DNA of 64,000 nt, from assembly GCF_036321535.1 (NCBI RefSeq), contig NC_087437.1:93932001-93996000 (forward strand), read 5' to 3'. Source of the stretch: Camelus dromedarius. Taxonomy: Eukaryota. A model generated the notes under the pieces. That model was not told the DNA's origin and made no database searches. It was given only the letters and a program-made list of their open reading frames with translations. This document shows, in pieces, positions 25,705-39,816 of this stretch. Position numbers and translations under genes: made by a program. Within the stretch, counting starts at the first letter, position 1. Every line of letters starts with the position of its first letter.

Positions 25705-26705
25705 TATTTTTTTTTTATTTTATTGTTTGAACAAATAAATTGACTTACAGTAAAATTGACTTTTTTTTTTGGTGTACATTCTATGGGCTTTATTACTTTA
25801 TTATTATTTACACATGCTTCGGTATGTGTAACCATAACTGTCATCAAGATAGCAAACTATTCCAAAATCCCCAGAATATTCCCTAATGCTATTCCTTTAT
25901 AATCACATTCTCTACCCCTCCAGACCATGGACATCCACTGATCTGTTCTCCATCACTATAGTTTGATCTCTTCAAGAATTTTATATAATGGAATCAAATA
26001 GTATGTAACATTTTGAGACTGGCTTCTTTCACTCAGCATAATGCCTTTGTGATTCATCCAAATTCTTATTTGTATCAATACACTTCTTTTTATTCATGAG
26101 TAGTAGTCCATTGCATGGATATACCACTGTTTGGATATTATTTATCTTCTGAAGGATATTTGAGTTATTTCCAGATTTTTGCAAATTTAAATAGAACTAC
26201 TATAAACATTGGCATACACATTTTTGTGTTAACAAAAGTTTTTATTTTTCTAGCATAACTATCCAAATGTGGGATACTTGGATCATATAGTAACCATATG
26301 TTTAAATTTATAATAAACTGCCAATTTTTTCAGAGTGGCTGTATCATTTTGCATTCCCACTAATAATAGGTAAGAATTGAACTTGCTATACATTCGTATC
26401 AGTATTAGGTATTGTCAGTATGCTTTTATTTTACCTCTTCTGATATGAGTCTAGCGGTATCTCACTGTGATTGTAATTTGTATTTCTCTAAACATTGATA
26501 ATGCGGAATATCTTTCCTGCACTCACTCGCCATCCCACATCTTTTTTGGGTAAAAATTCTGTTTATGTGTTTTGTACATTTTAAAAATTAGGCTGCTTAT
26601 TTTGTACTGTTTTGAGAGAAGTTCTCATATATTCCATCAAGTCCTTTGTTGAATATGTGATTTGAAAATGTTTTCTTCCAGTGTGGAGTGTCTTTCACTC
26701 TCTTA
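25705..26705 (-). mobile_element. L1MD/ME-like 3'UTR plus ORF2 end
   Basis: 'ccactgatctgttctccatc...tggaatc...ggcttctttcactcagcataatgc...cagagtggctgtatcattttgcattcccac' is antisense L1. Confidence 0.85.
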
Positions 26706-26935
26706 AAACTTACTCTCATATTATTTTGCCCTTTTTGCATAATACTTTCTGAAATTGTCATATTTATTTATAGGGTTACTTACTTAAAGTGTATATATTC
26801 TCCATCAAAAAAAAATTAGCTTCATGCTGGTGGACAACTTTTTATCTCTACAGTAATGGAACACTGCTAGAATTATTAGCATAGAGTAGTTAAACAAATC
26901 CACGAATTCAGAAATGCGTATTCCAAAATGCACCG

Positions 26936-27405
26936 TGTTTTAGTTTTGCATGGCTACCGTGACAAACTACCACAGCCTTGATAGCTTCAAACAACACATA
27001 TTTTTGTATAGTTCTTGAGGTCAGAAGTTCAAAATCAGTTTCACTGAGTCAAAAATCAAGGTGTTGGCAGGCTGTACTCTTTCAGGAAGCTATGAAAAGA
27101 ATCAGTTTTCTTGGTTCTTCAAGTTTCTGGAGACTGTCCTCATTCCTTGGTTCATGGCTCCCCATTATATTGGCTTTCCTCTCAGGCTTCTATCTTCTGA
27201 GTCAAATCTCTCTCTACCTCCCTCTTAAAAGTATGTTTGTGATTACACATAGAGTCATTCCAGATAATCCAAAATAATACACCCATTCCAAGATTTTTAA
27301 TTTAATCACATCTGAAAAATCCCTTTTGCCAAATAAGGTAACATTCACAGGTACCAAGGGTGAGGACCTGAATATCTTTGGGAGCCCTTATTGAGCTTAG
27401 CATCC
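26936..27405 (-). mobile_element. MLT1 (C/D-like) solo LTR
   Basis: 'ggctaccgtgacaaactaccac...gaggtcagaagttcaaaatcag...aatcaaggtgttggcaggctg...aataaggtaacattcacagg...atatctttggg'. Confidence 0.85.
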
Positions 27406-30264
27406 ATCCCAGACTTTGACCACCCTGCTGTTGTCTAAATTCCTAAGCACTTTGATCTGAACTTCAGAAAATTGCATGTAATTATATACTTTGATAATTT
27501 ATCGTCTGGGTATTGTGTGATTTAATGAATTATTTTTCTCTACAAGCAGACTGTAAGCCTTATAAAAATCAGGATGATGGCTCCTACTTTATTACTATTT
27601 CACCATCAAATCCTTTTTTCAGCCATACATTTTTAACCAGATAATGGATTAACAATCTGTGATCACCAAACACCTGAATTAATGAAGGCAATCTTCGTCT
27701 AGGATTAGGAGTTTTCCCAGGCTCCAAATTGCTGGGTTAAATCAAATTTTTCAGTAAATTATTTTTACATTAAGATTAACCACACCTAGAATTTTCAGCC
27801 ATTTCTCTGTCTCACTCTGTCTCTACCGTTCTTTTTTCTCTGTTTATCTCTCTTCCTTTCTTCCCTAGCCTTTGTTTCTTCCTTGCCTTTTTTTTCCCCC
27901 TCCAAGACATGAGTTTTAGATAAGACAAATTCTGGCTACTATATTATATTTTTTTTGGTTAGAATTGATTTATTTTATTTCTATGACACACACATACACA
28001 CACAAGCAAACAGGTTAAGGAAAATGTATGTGTTTTCTTGCTCCCAAGAAAATTAGATTTCAACTTTATCGAGTATCTTACTGTTTCTATATAATAAAGT
28101 ATAAGAAAAACAAAAAAAATACTTAGTTTAAACCTTTCATCATTTTAACTATTTTTCAGGTTTCACAGAAAGGATATATTAAGAATACAAGCTCACATAT
28201 ATATTATGTAGCTTATTTATCTGTGTCATTTTCTACACTTCCTTGATATTGGTGGTAGATATGAGGTTGAAAAATAACTTTATATACTGTTTAAAATATC
28301 TGGACCTTTCATGTATCTTCAATATAGTTATAAGTTCATGCTTTTTACTTCAATAATATGAATCTGTTTTTCACTTTTATGTCAGTGGTTATGCCTGTGT
28401 AAAGAAATAAAATTGAATTAAACTTAAAGCATTGTTACAGTTTAACTTAAAAAAAGATTCACTTTTAAAAACTTCATTATTAAAATCCATATTATTGGCT
28501 TCTGTTATTGTCAGTCAAGTGACAGACTTTTATATATATATTTTTAAATCAAAATCTTCTGACTACATAGCTTTCAATGAACTGAGAGTACATTATTTTC
28601 CATTTGAAAAAATGGGCTAGAATACTTCCATCCCAAATAGGTTTGTTAAACCCCAAGAATGTTTTATTCTATGTTCCAAAATAAAAAAGGCAAAACATCA
28701 AATAAACAAGCTAGAAGAATAGTGAAGAAATAATCAAGTAAAACTTATTTGTATATAATTTCTTTTCTCAGTAAGTCTGCCATCACATTACTTGATAGAT
28801 GCATTATCTGGAGTAGTGTTTGCCGAAACATTTGAACACATGGTTTTGTTTTAAATGCCTTGATCATGTAATCCAAAATGTACAAATGTGAAATGTCAGA
28901 TCTTTTTTCTTCAACAAATAGGAATCCATGATTAAACATTAACTCACAGTGATAAATTCACATACTTGAAAGCATTATTTGAATAATCTCTTCACAGATG
29001 TTATACCAAGTTTGAGAAATTGTCCCATTAAAAATTTATAGAACTGATTTCTTGAGTAATGAAGAGAACCATCTCAGCAGATGGAACAGCAAATAAAACT
29101 TGACTTTCTCAAAAATTGCTTTAAATATGATATCTGACAGTTTTATTACCCTATTTAAAAATGTCTGGACTTGAAAAATGGATATATGTATATACTTTTG
29201 CTAGAACACCACTGATGCAACTGAAAATCCCTAAAACATCAGGGAGAGCTAAAAATATGCTAAGGAATTTCCTAAGAGAAAAGGAATTATTGGTCATTAA
29301 TTTCAGTTAGTATAACAGTGTTTGTGTGTTTCTATGGAGGATAAATAATGAAGAAGTAGAAAATCTTGTTTTTATTTAATTACTTAAGAACCACATGAAC
29401 TTATTTTAGAAAATACGTGCATTCATTTTTTAAAATATCAATATTTTTATATTCTCATATTTAAATATGCTCATTATTGCTATCATTGAATATATGATGG
29501 AGTGCATGCTAATAATTAGAGATAGCTTGTGGCTGGGGCAGTGAGTGGTTTCATTCAAGTTTATATTACAGTAGTACATGATTATGTTGCCTAGTAAAAA
29601 CATTGTTGTAAGGAATATTAAATAAGTGGTACTCAGTTAGCAAAAGCAAGACAAATAAGGCAAGGCCGGGAGATGGAGTTTAGGGGAGTTAATATTTCCT
29701 AAACTGAAGTTAGAGAAGGCCAGGAAATTGACAATTCTTAAGATAGTCTTACAGCAATGTGTGTCTTTACTTTCAATAGCAATTAATAGAAGACATGTGA
29801 ATGTATTAAATACGGAATGGATATGCAAGCGTTAAAGAAACAGATAGTTGATGGTACCCCCATAACAATTAATTGAGAATTAAAAACTAAAACTGTGTCT
29901 TTCTAGTCTTGTATCTCCAGTACCTCTTACAGCAGAGAAAGAAGTATAGGAAAAGAGAGAGTGACTTAGATTGGAGCTCAGGTCCAGCAATCAGCCATTT
30001 TTGAGAGACTTGGTATAAAAGTGGGAGGAATAGGAACCCAGGGATTTGATGCAAGTTTCCAGTTACTGGAACTTGATTACAACAGTCAGGACAGAACCTG
30101 CACCGAGGCTAATTTAATGTTGGTTCAGTAAATTACAGTCCTAAAGATACTTTATTTCCCGTGAGTCAAGTCCAAATTGATCACTTAGCCTAGGAATAAA
30201 GATTAACTTATAAGTGGTATTGACTTCAATAAATAAATGAAATTACCAGCTAACATTAAAGAAC

Positions 30265-30412
30265 CAGTGTGGTAGATCAAAGTCAAGCTTTGGAATGCAA
30301 TAGTAATGTATGTGTCAGAGCATACATATAAGTGATCAACTTTGAGTGAGTTACTTACATTGTCTCCAATTCTCAGTATCTTCATTCATAAAAATTGGGT
30401 TAAGAATAGATG
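30265..30412 (+). mobile_element. MIR fragment
   Basis: 'actttgagtgagttacttac...ctcagtatcttcattcataaaaattggg' matches the MIR core. Confidence 0.55.
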
Positions 30413-30939
30413 TAAGCCAGAACCCACTCAGGACAAACAGCTATACTCAATCTAGCTTAATAAATAACAATAAAACAGTGATTATGAGTGGGTGAGTTGA
30501 GATTAAAATAACCTGGTAAACCATTTGGAGAGGAGGAAATTACACAATTCCCTATTACCAAGAAAATGAAAAATCCTTTGTGCTATCAATTGAAATGCTC
30601 CTTCTTATTTTCCTCTTGTCTGAACACTAAAAATGTAGTATATACTTAAGATTTAGATATTTCAGTACAAAAGCAATAGAGAATAACAAGCTTACCAAAT
30701 TATGTAATTTCCCCATATTTTCTCTCAACTTCCATTAACAATAGAAAAGACTAGTTATATGATGTGACTCTAAACTAAGAATAATTTCTAAAAATAAATA
30801 TTTTAAAATTCAAAGCATAACTTTCACACATGATAAAAATCAAGGACATTTACTGGAGCGCTATTTTAGAAATCTATTTCAAGAAAATATACTAAAAAAT
30901 GGGGTACTTCACTGCTTCTTCAGGAAAAATTCTCTTTTT

Positions 30940-31092
30940 AAAATTTTTTTAATTAAAAAAAAAATTGAAGTATAATCAGTTTAGGAGGTTGTCATTCTAA
31001 GTGAAGTAAGCCAGAAAGAAAAAGGAAAAATACCATATGATATCACTCGTATGTGAAATCTAAAAAAAAAAAAAAAAAAGAAGAAGAAGACA
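30940..31092 (-). mobile_element. Short 5'-inverted L1 insertion
   Basis: T-rich tail plus antisense L1 terminus 'attgaagtataatcagtt' (30964-30981), joined to sense ORF2 end 'gtcattctaagtgaagtaagccagaaag...atgtgaaatctaa(A)n...gacaca'; degenerate flanks caggaaaaattctcttttt / caggagaaaacatttttt. Confidence 0.7.
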
Positions 31093-31224
31093 CAGGAGAA
31101 AACATTTTTTAAACAATAATACCCTCTTATCAGTAACAAAGAATTTTGGGGTTAAACTTCACATTGTGTTCTAAAATATTCAGTCACACTTTACAAAAAT
31201 CTATAAATCCCGTTTCCATTTTCA

Positions 31225-31752
31225 CTTTGTCTTAAGACGTGCATAGAAATGATCACAACTTTGCAACCTAAAGCAGCACCTAGTTCTTAGCTCACAATTC
31301 ACTAAGTCAGGAGTCTGAGAGGGCTTTGCTGGGTTCTGCTTAAGTCTCACAAGGCTGAAATCAAGGTGTCAGCATAGTGGGCTCTTACTTAAAGGCTGTG
31401 TAGAAAAATGGCTTCTAAGGTCATTCAGATTGTGGCAAAAGTCCATTTTCTTTTAAGTGTTTCCCACAGTCTCTGCTTTCTTGCTGATCTCCAGCCAAGG
31501 GTCACTCTCAGTTCTTAGTGGCTGTTCTCATGTCCTTTCCATGTTCAGAGCCAGGAACAGACTATCTCTCTTGTATTAAATCTCTCTAAATTTCTTTTCT
31601 GCCACAAAAGATAGAAAAATTGTTGTTTGTAGAGAACTCATGCTTAGATTCAGCCCCCCTGGAAAATCTCCATGTGCATTAATGTGGCACAATCCCAGGC
31701 ATATTAGTAAGGGAAGAAGGTCATGGGGGCAGCTTATAATTCTGTCTATAAT
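31225..31752 (-). mobile_element. MLT1 solo LTR
   Basis: 'tagctcacaattc...agtcaggagtctg...gtctcacaaggctgaaatcaaggtgtcagc...gcttctaaggtcattcagattgtggca...ggggcagcttataattctgtcta'. Confidence 0.8.
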
Positions 31753-32109
31753 AGTAATCTTTAAAATTGTTCATGTATATAAAATACATATAGTAAATAA
31801 TTGGACTATTCTTAATATGTTATTCTTACTGATCCAAAATTAGTTATTTTGAATGGGAGAGGCATGGATTTTCAGGTCCTACATAAATTATACTAACTCC
31901 AAAGCAAAACCAGAGTCTAAACAAAAATAAATAAATTCATACATACAAACATACATACATATATGAAAAAAAAAAAGAAAAGAGAAAGTTTGGAAACCAT
32001 TGTTGCATTTCTTTTTAGCAATGAAAATATCTACACCCAAGTTCTCATAGACTGTTGGGGGTAGGAAGCAAAGATGAGATGTTTGTTTTGTAATCTTATT
32101 CCTCTAAAC

Positions 32110-32330
32110 CAGGGGTCAGAAAACTACTGCCAGAAAGTCAAATGTGGATTAGAACCTATTTTTGTACAGACTGAGAGCCAACAATGATTTTTATATTTTT
32201 AAATATTTGTTAAAATGAAAAAAAAAACCAAAAACAAAAATAGAAGACTATGCAAAAAAGGCCATATGCAGCCACAAAGACAAAAATATTTACTACCTGG
32301 TCCTTTTCAGAAAGATTTTGCTGACCTCTG
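32110..32330. mobile_element. MER58(C)-like non-autonomous hAT-Charlie DNA transposon, complete
   Basis: TIRs caggggtcagaaaa / ttttgctgacctctg; perfect 8-bp TSD ctctaaac at 32102-32109 and 32331-32338, the hAT signature. Confidence 0.92.
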
Positions 32331-33041
32331 CTCTAAACCATAATTTTTTGTTTTATTCTTAAAACACATATAAATGACAGCCAGAGCTGCTTGAACTAGA
32401 GCAATATGATGTCTATGAGAACTGACAAAACTGTTTTCTTCAGAATCAATTAATGATAACAAATTTGGTGCAATATTTTGACTAGCTTTTTCTTGTGTAG
32501 CAAATTTATAATATGGTTTGTACTTCACTTATCAATGACTTTGTGTATGCATATGGTAAAATGTCTTATTGTTAGAGAACTTTAAATCAGCGAGGAATTT
32601 TCTAGAATCACATCAGGAAGAAGAACCTATTAGAAAGTACACCTAACATTACAAGATTCCTGAAAGAGTACGATTATAATTAGTAGATTCTTTGCCTAGT
32701 CAAGACTTATCAAGCACCAATCTCTTAACTGCTGTTGACAATAGGGTTGAGGATGAGGCAATTTGAGGGTGGAATATATGTACTGTATAGTGTTTAACTG
32801 CTTTATATAGAGTATCTTGTTTATTTTATGTGCAGGATGCTGCTTATATTCTGAGTTTGAAAACAAAAATAAACAATAACGACCTATCATACACTACTTC
32901 CAATTTTGTTTAAGAAAACACGTATCATAATGAAAATGAGATTATAGGAAGAAGCTATTCCATACTTATTATTGCATGCTTGCTTTTAAGAGAGAAAATA
33001 ATTAAAATAAAACAAACCAATAAATATAATGCTAACTCATT

Positions 33042-33607
33042 TATGGAGGCAGAATTTTTAAATGGTGCTCAAGATTCCATTTCTTAGTGTATACACCTGA
33101 GATAATCCCCTTCCCTTAAATGAGGACATAGCTTGTGAATCTGATAGGGTCTCTATCCCATAACTACGTTTCATCATATAAGAGTTGACTTCGAGTAAAG
33201 AAAAAGGAAGATTATTCTGGGTAGGAATGACCTCACCAGGTGTGTCAACATAAGAATCTGAGCTCTTCCTGAAGAAGATATTCAAAGTGTGAAAGAGCCT
33301 ATGGAGGGGAGATGTGGCAAGGAACTCCATGTGACCTCTAGGAACTGAGAGTTCCAGTGAGAAAAGAATGGGGGCCTCAGTCAACCAGAGATCAAAATAA
33401 TAACTATATGATTTTTAAAGAAGATCCCAATTTCCAGAAATGAATGTAGCTTAGCTGACAGTTAGATTGCAGCTTTATAAGACTTTGTAAGACACCAGAA
33501 AACACAAGCTCAAAATTCTGATGCGCAGACACTCTGAGATAATAAACACATGTTGTTTAAATTGCTAGGTTGTGGTAATTGGTTATATAGCAATAGAAAA
33601 CTAATAA
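33042..33607 (+). mobile_element. MLT1 (E-like) solo LTR
   Basis: Start 'tggaggcagaattttt...atgg...caagattcc', internal 'ggaagattattctgggtagg' and 'atgtggcaaggaac', end 'gtggtaattggttatatagcaatagaaaactaata'. Confidence 0.85.
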
Positions 33608-34334
33608 CGCTATTAAAAATGCAAATGTGGTTTTATTCATGCTCTGAAAATCCTGCTTGCTTTGACTTGCAGTAATGCTTTGCAAACTTTTTTTGTTGGT
33701 AAGATTTTTTTTTTAATTATGTAAGTGGTTGATGAACTTTTTTATATCCTTCATGAATCCTAGTTAGTTCTGAGTGCCATATACATGGAAATTTTATCTT
33801 TAAATCAAGCAAATGTTGATTGGTGATGTCATGCTCATAGTTCTCTCAGATCTGTTATTTGGAAAGTATCATTTCACTTTTATTTATATTTATGCATTTG
33901 TGCATTGGTTATACAAAATGAAGCATAAGTCTTGCAATTCTAGATTTCCATATTTGAAAAATAAATCTTACCAGTGACTGCTTTAATGAATGGCTTCTCT
34001 GGAGGGCAAAATGCAATTTCAATAATGAAATGTGAAACAAAATTATTTTTCAGAGGAGGGATATTTCTTTAACACTGTTTAGTGATACTTCTCTGTAGGG
34101 AGTGGCAGATCCATCAAACTGCATAATGCTTGCAGAGTTTCAAATTTTCATGATGTGGGGAGATATTAGGATGAGACCACTCCCCCCAAAATGGGAAACA
34201 TACCTGGAAGGCATTTGTCACTTGATAATTACATCACTGAAAGGAAAAATAAAAACAAATAAACAAACTAAAAGCTAAGGGAGTGAATTTCATTTTGAGT
34301 TTTTTTTTTTCTTGCCTAAAATATTTAAGACTTC

Positions 34335-37300
34335 TGGTTTTCAGCTTCAACATACAAAGAGCTCTGTAGTTATCACTTTCATCCTTACTATGAGAAAAAG
34401 TGAGCAAACTAAAAATAGATGTAATTTCTTGAACCATCAAAGAACTGAGAATGCAGCACATAACACCACCTCAAAGCCATTATGAAATATGCCCAGGTAA
34501 TTCTCATTAACAAAGACTTACTCTGTAAGGGAAAAGACTATCAGAACATTGGGAAGGGCGTTTCTCCTACTCCAGCCTCCTGTAGCCTTCCTCTCTCAGC
34601 TAGGAAGGGGAAAAAAAGAAACATTAGAAAAAGTCACAGCTCAGGGACACAAACTAACTAAAAACTGAGATTTACTTATGAGATTATAGATGTGTCCCCT
34701 CCTCTGCGCCTTACCACTGTACCAACAAAATTCACATAAAATAACAAAGGAGTATAGCCAAAAGTGTTGCATATCATATACTCTCTTTAGAAGGAATACC
34801 TGAAGAAGCTCAAAGAAAATGGGATATACAAAAAGAATCCTAAGAAAGTTTTAAGTCTCTGGCATCTACAGTTACAACAACAAAGCACCACTCCTAAACA
34901 GATGAACATAAAACCTCAAAATAAAGGGCTATTAACCTCTGTTCCTATTACACTCTACATCATGTCTGGCTTTCAACAATACACTTCTAGGCATACCAAA
35001 AGCATAAGAAAACACAGTCCATAAAAACAAAGTGACTATCCCAACCAGACTCAGATATGACATACATATTGAAATAATTAAATGGGGAATTGAAGATCAG
35101 TTTAATATTTTAAGAGCTCTAATGGAAAAATAGAAAACGTTCAAGAAAATGTAGCAATATAAGCAGAGAAATGGAAATTAAGAAAGGCTCAAAAGAAAAT
35201 TTAAAATAATTTTAAGAAACATAGTAACAGAAAAGAAGAATGCCTTGATGGGCTCGTCACTAGACAGGACATGGCCAGGGAAAAGACTAGTAAGCTTGAA
35301 GATAAGTCAATAGTAACTTTCCAAATGATATGCAGAAAGAGTGAAAACAAAACAAAACAAAACAAAACAAACAGAACACCCAAGAATCATAGGATAACAA
35401 TCCCCAAAGGTATAATTTATGTGTAATTGGAATAGCAGAAGGAAAAGAAAGAGAAAATGAAGTAAAAGAAATACTTGAAATAGTAATGGCTAATAATTTC
35501 CCCAAATTGGTGACAGACACTTCATTACGAATCTAAGGCACTCAGAGAAAACCAAGCAGGATAAACGCAAAATATCTACACCTACCATATTGAAACTGAA
35601 ATAAACCAAAGACAAAGAGAAAATCTTGAAAAAAGCCAGAGTTGAGGCTGAGGACTCTCACCAATAGTGGAAGAACCACAGTGGAAGAATCACAGTGGAC
35701 TTCTCAACATGTAAGAAAGAAGGAAGTGGAATAAAAATATATAGAGTGATAAACTAAAAATAACAGCCTACAACTCTGAAAAAGGAAAACTGGCCTTCAA
35801 AATGGAATAAATATAAAGATTTTGTCAAACAAACAAAAATGGAAAGACTTTATCACTAGCAGATGTGACCTGAAAATGATGTTTTAAAAGAAGTTTTTCC
35901 GATAAGGAGAAAGGGAGATAAATCAGAAAGTTAAATCTCTAGAAATTCATGTTTTTGTAAGGTGTAACAATAACAGCAGATTAGATGATTACAACATATA
36001 GATATTGAAAATGTATGACAATAGTCATAAAACAAAAAAGTAATCAAGTATAGTTTGTTATAAAGTATCTGCATATACATGAAGGGATATACTATTATTT
36101 GATGATAACAGATTAATTTAAAATGTAAGATAAAAACTCTAAGGAAATTACTAAAAAGTGTTTAAAAAGAAGTATGATTGATATAAGAAAGGAAATAAAA
36201 TAGAATAATATAAAATAGTTAATTAAAACCAGAGAAAGCAGAAAAAGAGGTGCAAAATAAACAAATTCAATAAGTAGAAAATACTTAAAAACATGTTATA
36301 TATTAATCAAAATTTAGAAGTAATCTCTTAATGTGAATTGTCTGTACTAATTAAAGGAGAGAGATTGTCAGAGAGAATTAGAAAATTAGATTCAATTCAT
36401 CTATAAGTAACCCACTTTAAATATAAAGACACTATTAGATTTAAAGTAAAGGAAAGGAGAAAACCATAGCATACTAACACTAATCAAAAGAAATCTGTAG
36501 TAGTTATATCAATTTCAGAAAAAGCAGGCTTCAAAATAGGAAAAATATTAAGAATAAAAAGGAATATTACATAATGACTAAGGTGTTAATTCTTCCCATT
36601 TATGTAACAATTCTAAAAAATGTATGCACTCAAAAACAGAGCACCAAAACACATGAGCCAAAAACTGATATAACAGACAAGAAAAACAGGCAAATGTATT
36701 AACATACTTGTAAACTACATCTGTCTTTCAGTGGTTGAAAGATCGGGTAGGCAGAAAATAAGTAAAGATATAGTTGACCTGAACAACATATCAGTCACCT
36801 TGATCTAATTGACACTTGTAGAAAATCCCATCCAATAACCACAGAAAACACATTCTTCTCAAATTTACATGACAAATTTGCCAAGATACACTACATCCAG
36901 GGCTATAAAACAGAGCTTAATAAATTTAAAGTTATAGAAATCCTACAAATTATATTCTGAGGTCATAATGAAATCAAACTAGAATTCAAATACAGCTGGA
37001 AAATCCAAAATAATTGGAGGTTAAACAACAAAATTTTAAATAACACATGAGTTAAAGATTAGGTCTCAAAAAAATTAAAGAGAAATAGCTAATGTGACTG
37101 TGATAGTATCCTTAAGAGGATTGAATCAATGATAAATTTTCATAAAAAGAAAGCACCAGGACTAGATGGTTTCACTGATAGATTTTACCAAAAATTTAAG
37201 AAAGAAATGATACAAGTTCTATACGAACTTTTCCAAAATATAGATTTCATTCTGAGTTCAACATTCAACATGACCCTAATACCACAACCAGATTAAGATG

Positions 37301-38330
37301 TTATAAGAAAAGTAACATACAGATCAATATGTCTCAGAAACATGAATGCAAACATCTTCTATAATATATTAGCATGTAGAACCCAGCAATGTATAAGTAG
37401 AATTACATACCATGACTAAGTGGATGTAGTCCACCGATACAATACTTATTCAATATCTGAAAATCAGTGTAATCCACCACATCAACAGGTTAAAAAAGAA
37501 AAATTTTATTGTCACATCAGTAGTTTCAAAAAAGCATTTGACAAAATCTAAAACTTATTCATGATCAAAATTCTCAGTTGAGACTAGAGGAAAGCTTCCT
37601 CAACTCTATAAACCATATCTACAAAAAGTTTACAGTTGACATGATGCTTAGAAAATAGACATATTCCACCTAAGATTGAGAACAGGGCAAGGATGTCTTC
37701 TCTCACCATTCTTATTCGAAATTATACTGGAAGTCTTACCTAATACATCAAGAAGCAAAAACAAAATAAATTGGAAGGAAATAAAAGATTTGGGAAGAAA
37801 AATTAAATTAATTTGCAAAAGACATGATTGTGTATATAGAAAGTTCCAAAAATTAACCAAAAAAAAAAAAAAACCAAAAACCTCCTAAAATTAATAAATC
37901 AGTATAGCAAGTCACAGGACAGAGGTTAATATCTGAGTGGAGACTTTGAAATTAAAGTGAAAGTAAACAGCACATCAGCATTATACTCTAGTTGATAAAG
38001 TAGCATCCCACAGGAGTGTGAGTTAACAGTTTTGCACTTCTATACATGTATGCTGGAATGGGTGGTTGGAGTCAAATTTCTCACTGAAAGAAAAGGAAGG
38101 GGTGTAGGCTAGAATGATACACATGATAATAGATTCAAGTTATACAATAACTTATGTTTAGCTAAATGTAAATACAATTATACACAGAAATATCTAGATA
38201 GATAAAATAGACAGACAGATGTGTACACATGGACTTGTGTGTGTGTGTGTGTGTGTATTTCCCTGCCCTGTAATCCAAATGATTGTGATCTCAGTCACAA
38301 TGAGCAAACCAGGGCCTATTTCATGATTTC

Positions 38331-38361
<31 letters not shown>

Positions 38362-39385
38362 TGGGGAGTAATTAGGTTTTTATTTATTTAATGGAGGTAC
38401 TGGGAATTGAAACTGGAACCTTGTGTATGCTAGGCAAGCACTCTACCACTGAGCTATATCCTCCTCCTCCTAATTCATGATTTCTAATACCATTTGCCAA
38501 TAAAGGAAACAGGACTCTAGAAAAATGGCTGATGATATAAAATATATGACTGGGATGTAAAATATACAAGATAATGCTGGAGTATCAACTCATGCCAAAA
38601 AGTAAGGAAAGGTTAAAAATTAACACACAAACACAATGATAGAGGTATATCCAAGGGACATAGGAGATGGATAAAGACCTCCTAATGGTCAACATGGGAA
38701 CAATTTGAACAGCAAAATAAATAAAATTGTATTAGATTTTCACCCAAAGTATAAAATAAATATTCATGTGTCTACACTGTTATAAAGAAACGATTGAATA
38801 CATAAATAGGGTTTAATAGACAAATGCCCCATGAAGAATCATTCCAAATAATTTATGTAGATACTTTACCCTTGAGGAACTGAAGCATAGCTCCCAGTCC
38901 TTAAACATGGGCTGCACATAATGACTTTCTTTTAAAGAATATAGTATGAAGTGTGTGTGTGGAGGGCACATGGGAATAGTAACTTTACAGTGGGGAATCC
39001 TGACAAACACTTTCTTAACTCAGCCAGGAGGTCAATGTCAACTTCATGAGCAGTATACTATATTGACAGTACAAACCCTTGATAAGATGTATGTAACCCT
39101 ATTGAAAAACAAAAAATATCAGTTAAGTCCTAGTTGAGGGACAAAAACCTCATCATCATTACTCCACAAAACCATCAAGATCATCAAAACACAAAGAAAA
39201 TCTGCTCAACTGTTACAACAAAGAGAAGCCTAAGGAAACATGATTAGTACATGTAATGTGGTATCCCAGATGAGATCCTAGAGCAGAAAAAGGACTTATG
39301 GTAAAACTTAGGGCAATTTGAAAGAAGAATGGACTTTATGCATTAATAATATTATATTAATATTGGTTCACTAATTATAAAATGT
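34335..39385 (+). mobile_element. Ancient near-complete L1 (L1MC/MD-like) with large internal deletions
   Basis: 5'UTR ~34335-35000; ORF1 remnants ~35000-35900 ('aatttccccaaattggtgacagac', 'gacaaagagaaaatcttgaaaaaagccaga'); EN remnants ~36300-37085; RT remnants ~37110-37930 (ORF 37676 'RTGQGCLLSPFLFEIILEVL'); long 3'UTR ~37935-39385. Confidence 0.85.
38332..38470 (-). mobile_element. tRNA-Ala-derived camelid SINE (vic-1-like) inserted in the old L1 3'UTR
   Basis: Poly(T) ~38331-38355; antisense tRNA-like head 'gcactctaccactgagctatatcc'; TSD ttcatgatttct at 38320-38331 and 38474-38485. Confidence 0.92.
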
Positions 39386-39399
39386 CATAATTAGATAAA

Positions 39400-39536
39400 T
39401 TGACATATTCAGTATCTTGTAGTAATTTATAATGAAAAAGAATGTGAAAATAACATGTGCATATAACTGAATCACTATGCTATACACCAGAAACTAACAC
39501 AACATTGCAAATTAGCTATACTTCAATTAAAAAAAT
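39400..39536 (+). mobile_element. Short L1 3' terminus, cetartiodactyl type
   Basis: 'atataactgaatcactatgctatacaccagaaactaacacaacattgcaaattagctatacttcaattaaaaaaa'. Confidence 0.8.
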
Positions 39537-39665
39537 GACTATGAATTAAAGCAACCATTGTAAGTATCACAAAACAAGAGGCATCTAGAGAGTGGCAACT
39601 CTCCAAAGACCTAGTGATGTCAGTTGTAAAACTAAAGAAAGGCAGAAATGGAAAAAGACCTGTGG

Positions 39666-39816
39666 TGGGGAGGGTATAGCTCAGTGGTAAGGAGAGCACT
39701 TAGTATGCATGAGGTCCTGGGTTCAACCTCCAGAACTGCCATTAAAATAATAAATAAATAAGCCTAATTACCTACCCCCTATAAAAGAAAAGAAACTATA
39801 AAAAAAAAAAAAAAAG
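39666..39816 (+). mobile_element. tRNA-Ala-derived camelid SINE (vic-1-like)
   Basis: A box tagctcagtgg, B box ggttcaacc, tail 'taaataaataagcctaattacc' plus poly(A); TSD aaaagacctgtgg (39653-39665) vs aaaagacatgtag (39817-39829), two mismatches. Confidence 0.92.

Noticed and set aside
39666..39742. tRNA-Ala-like sequence as a tRNA gene (also 38390-38470 and 4650-4715)
   Set aside because: Stems are degenerate and each copy has a SINE tail; two have poly(A) and TSDs. These are SINE heads.
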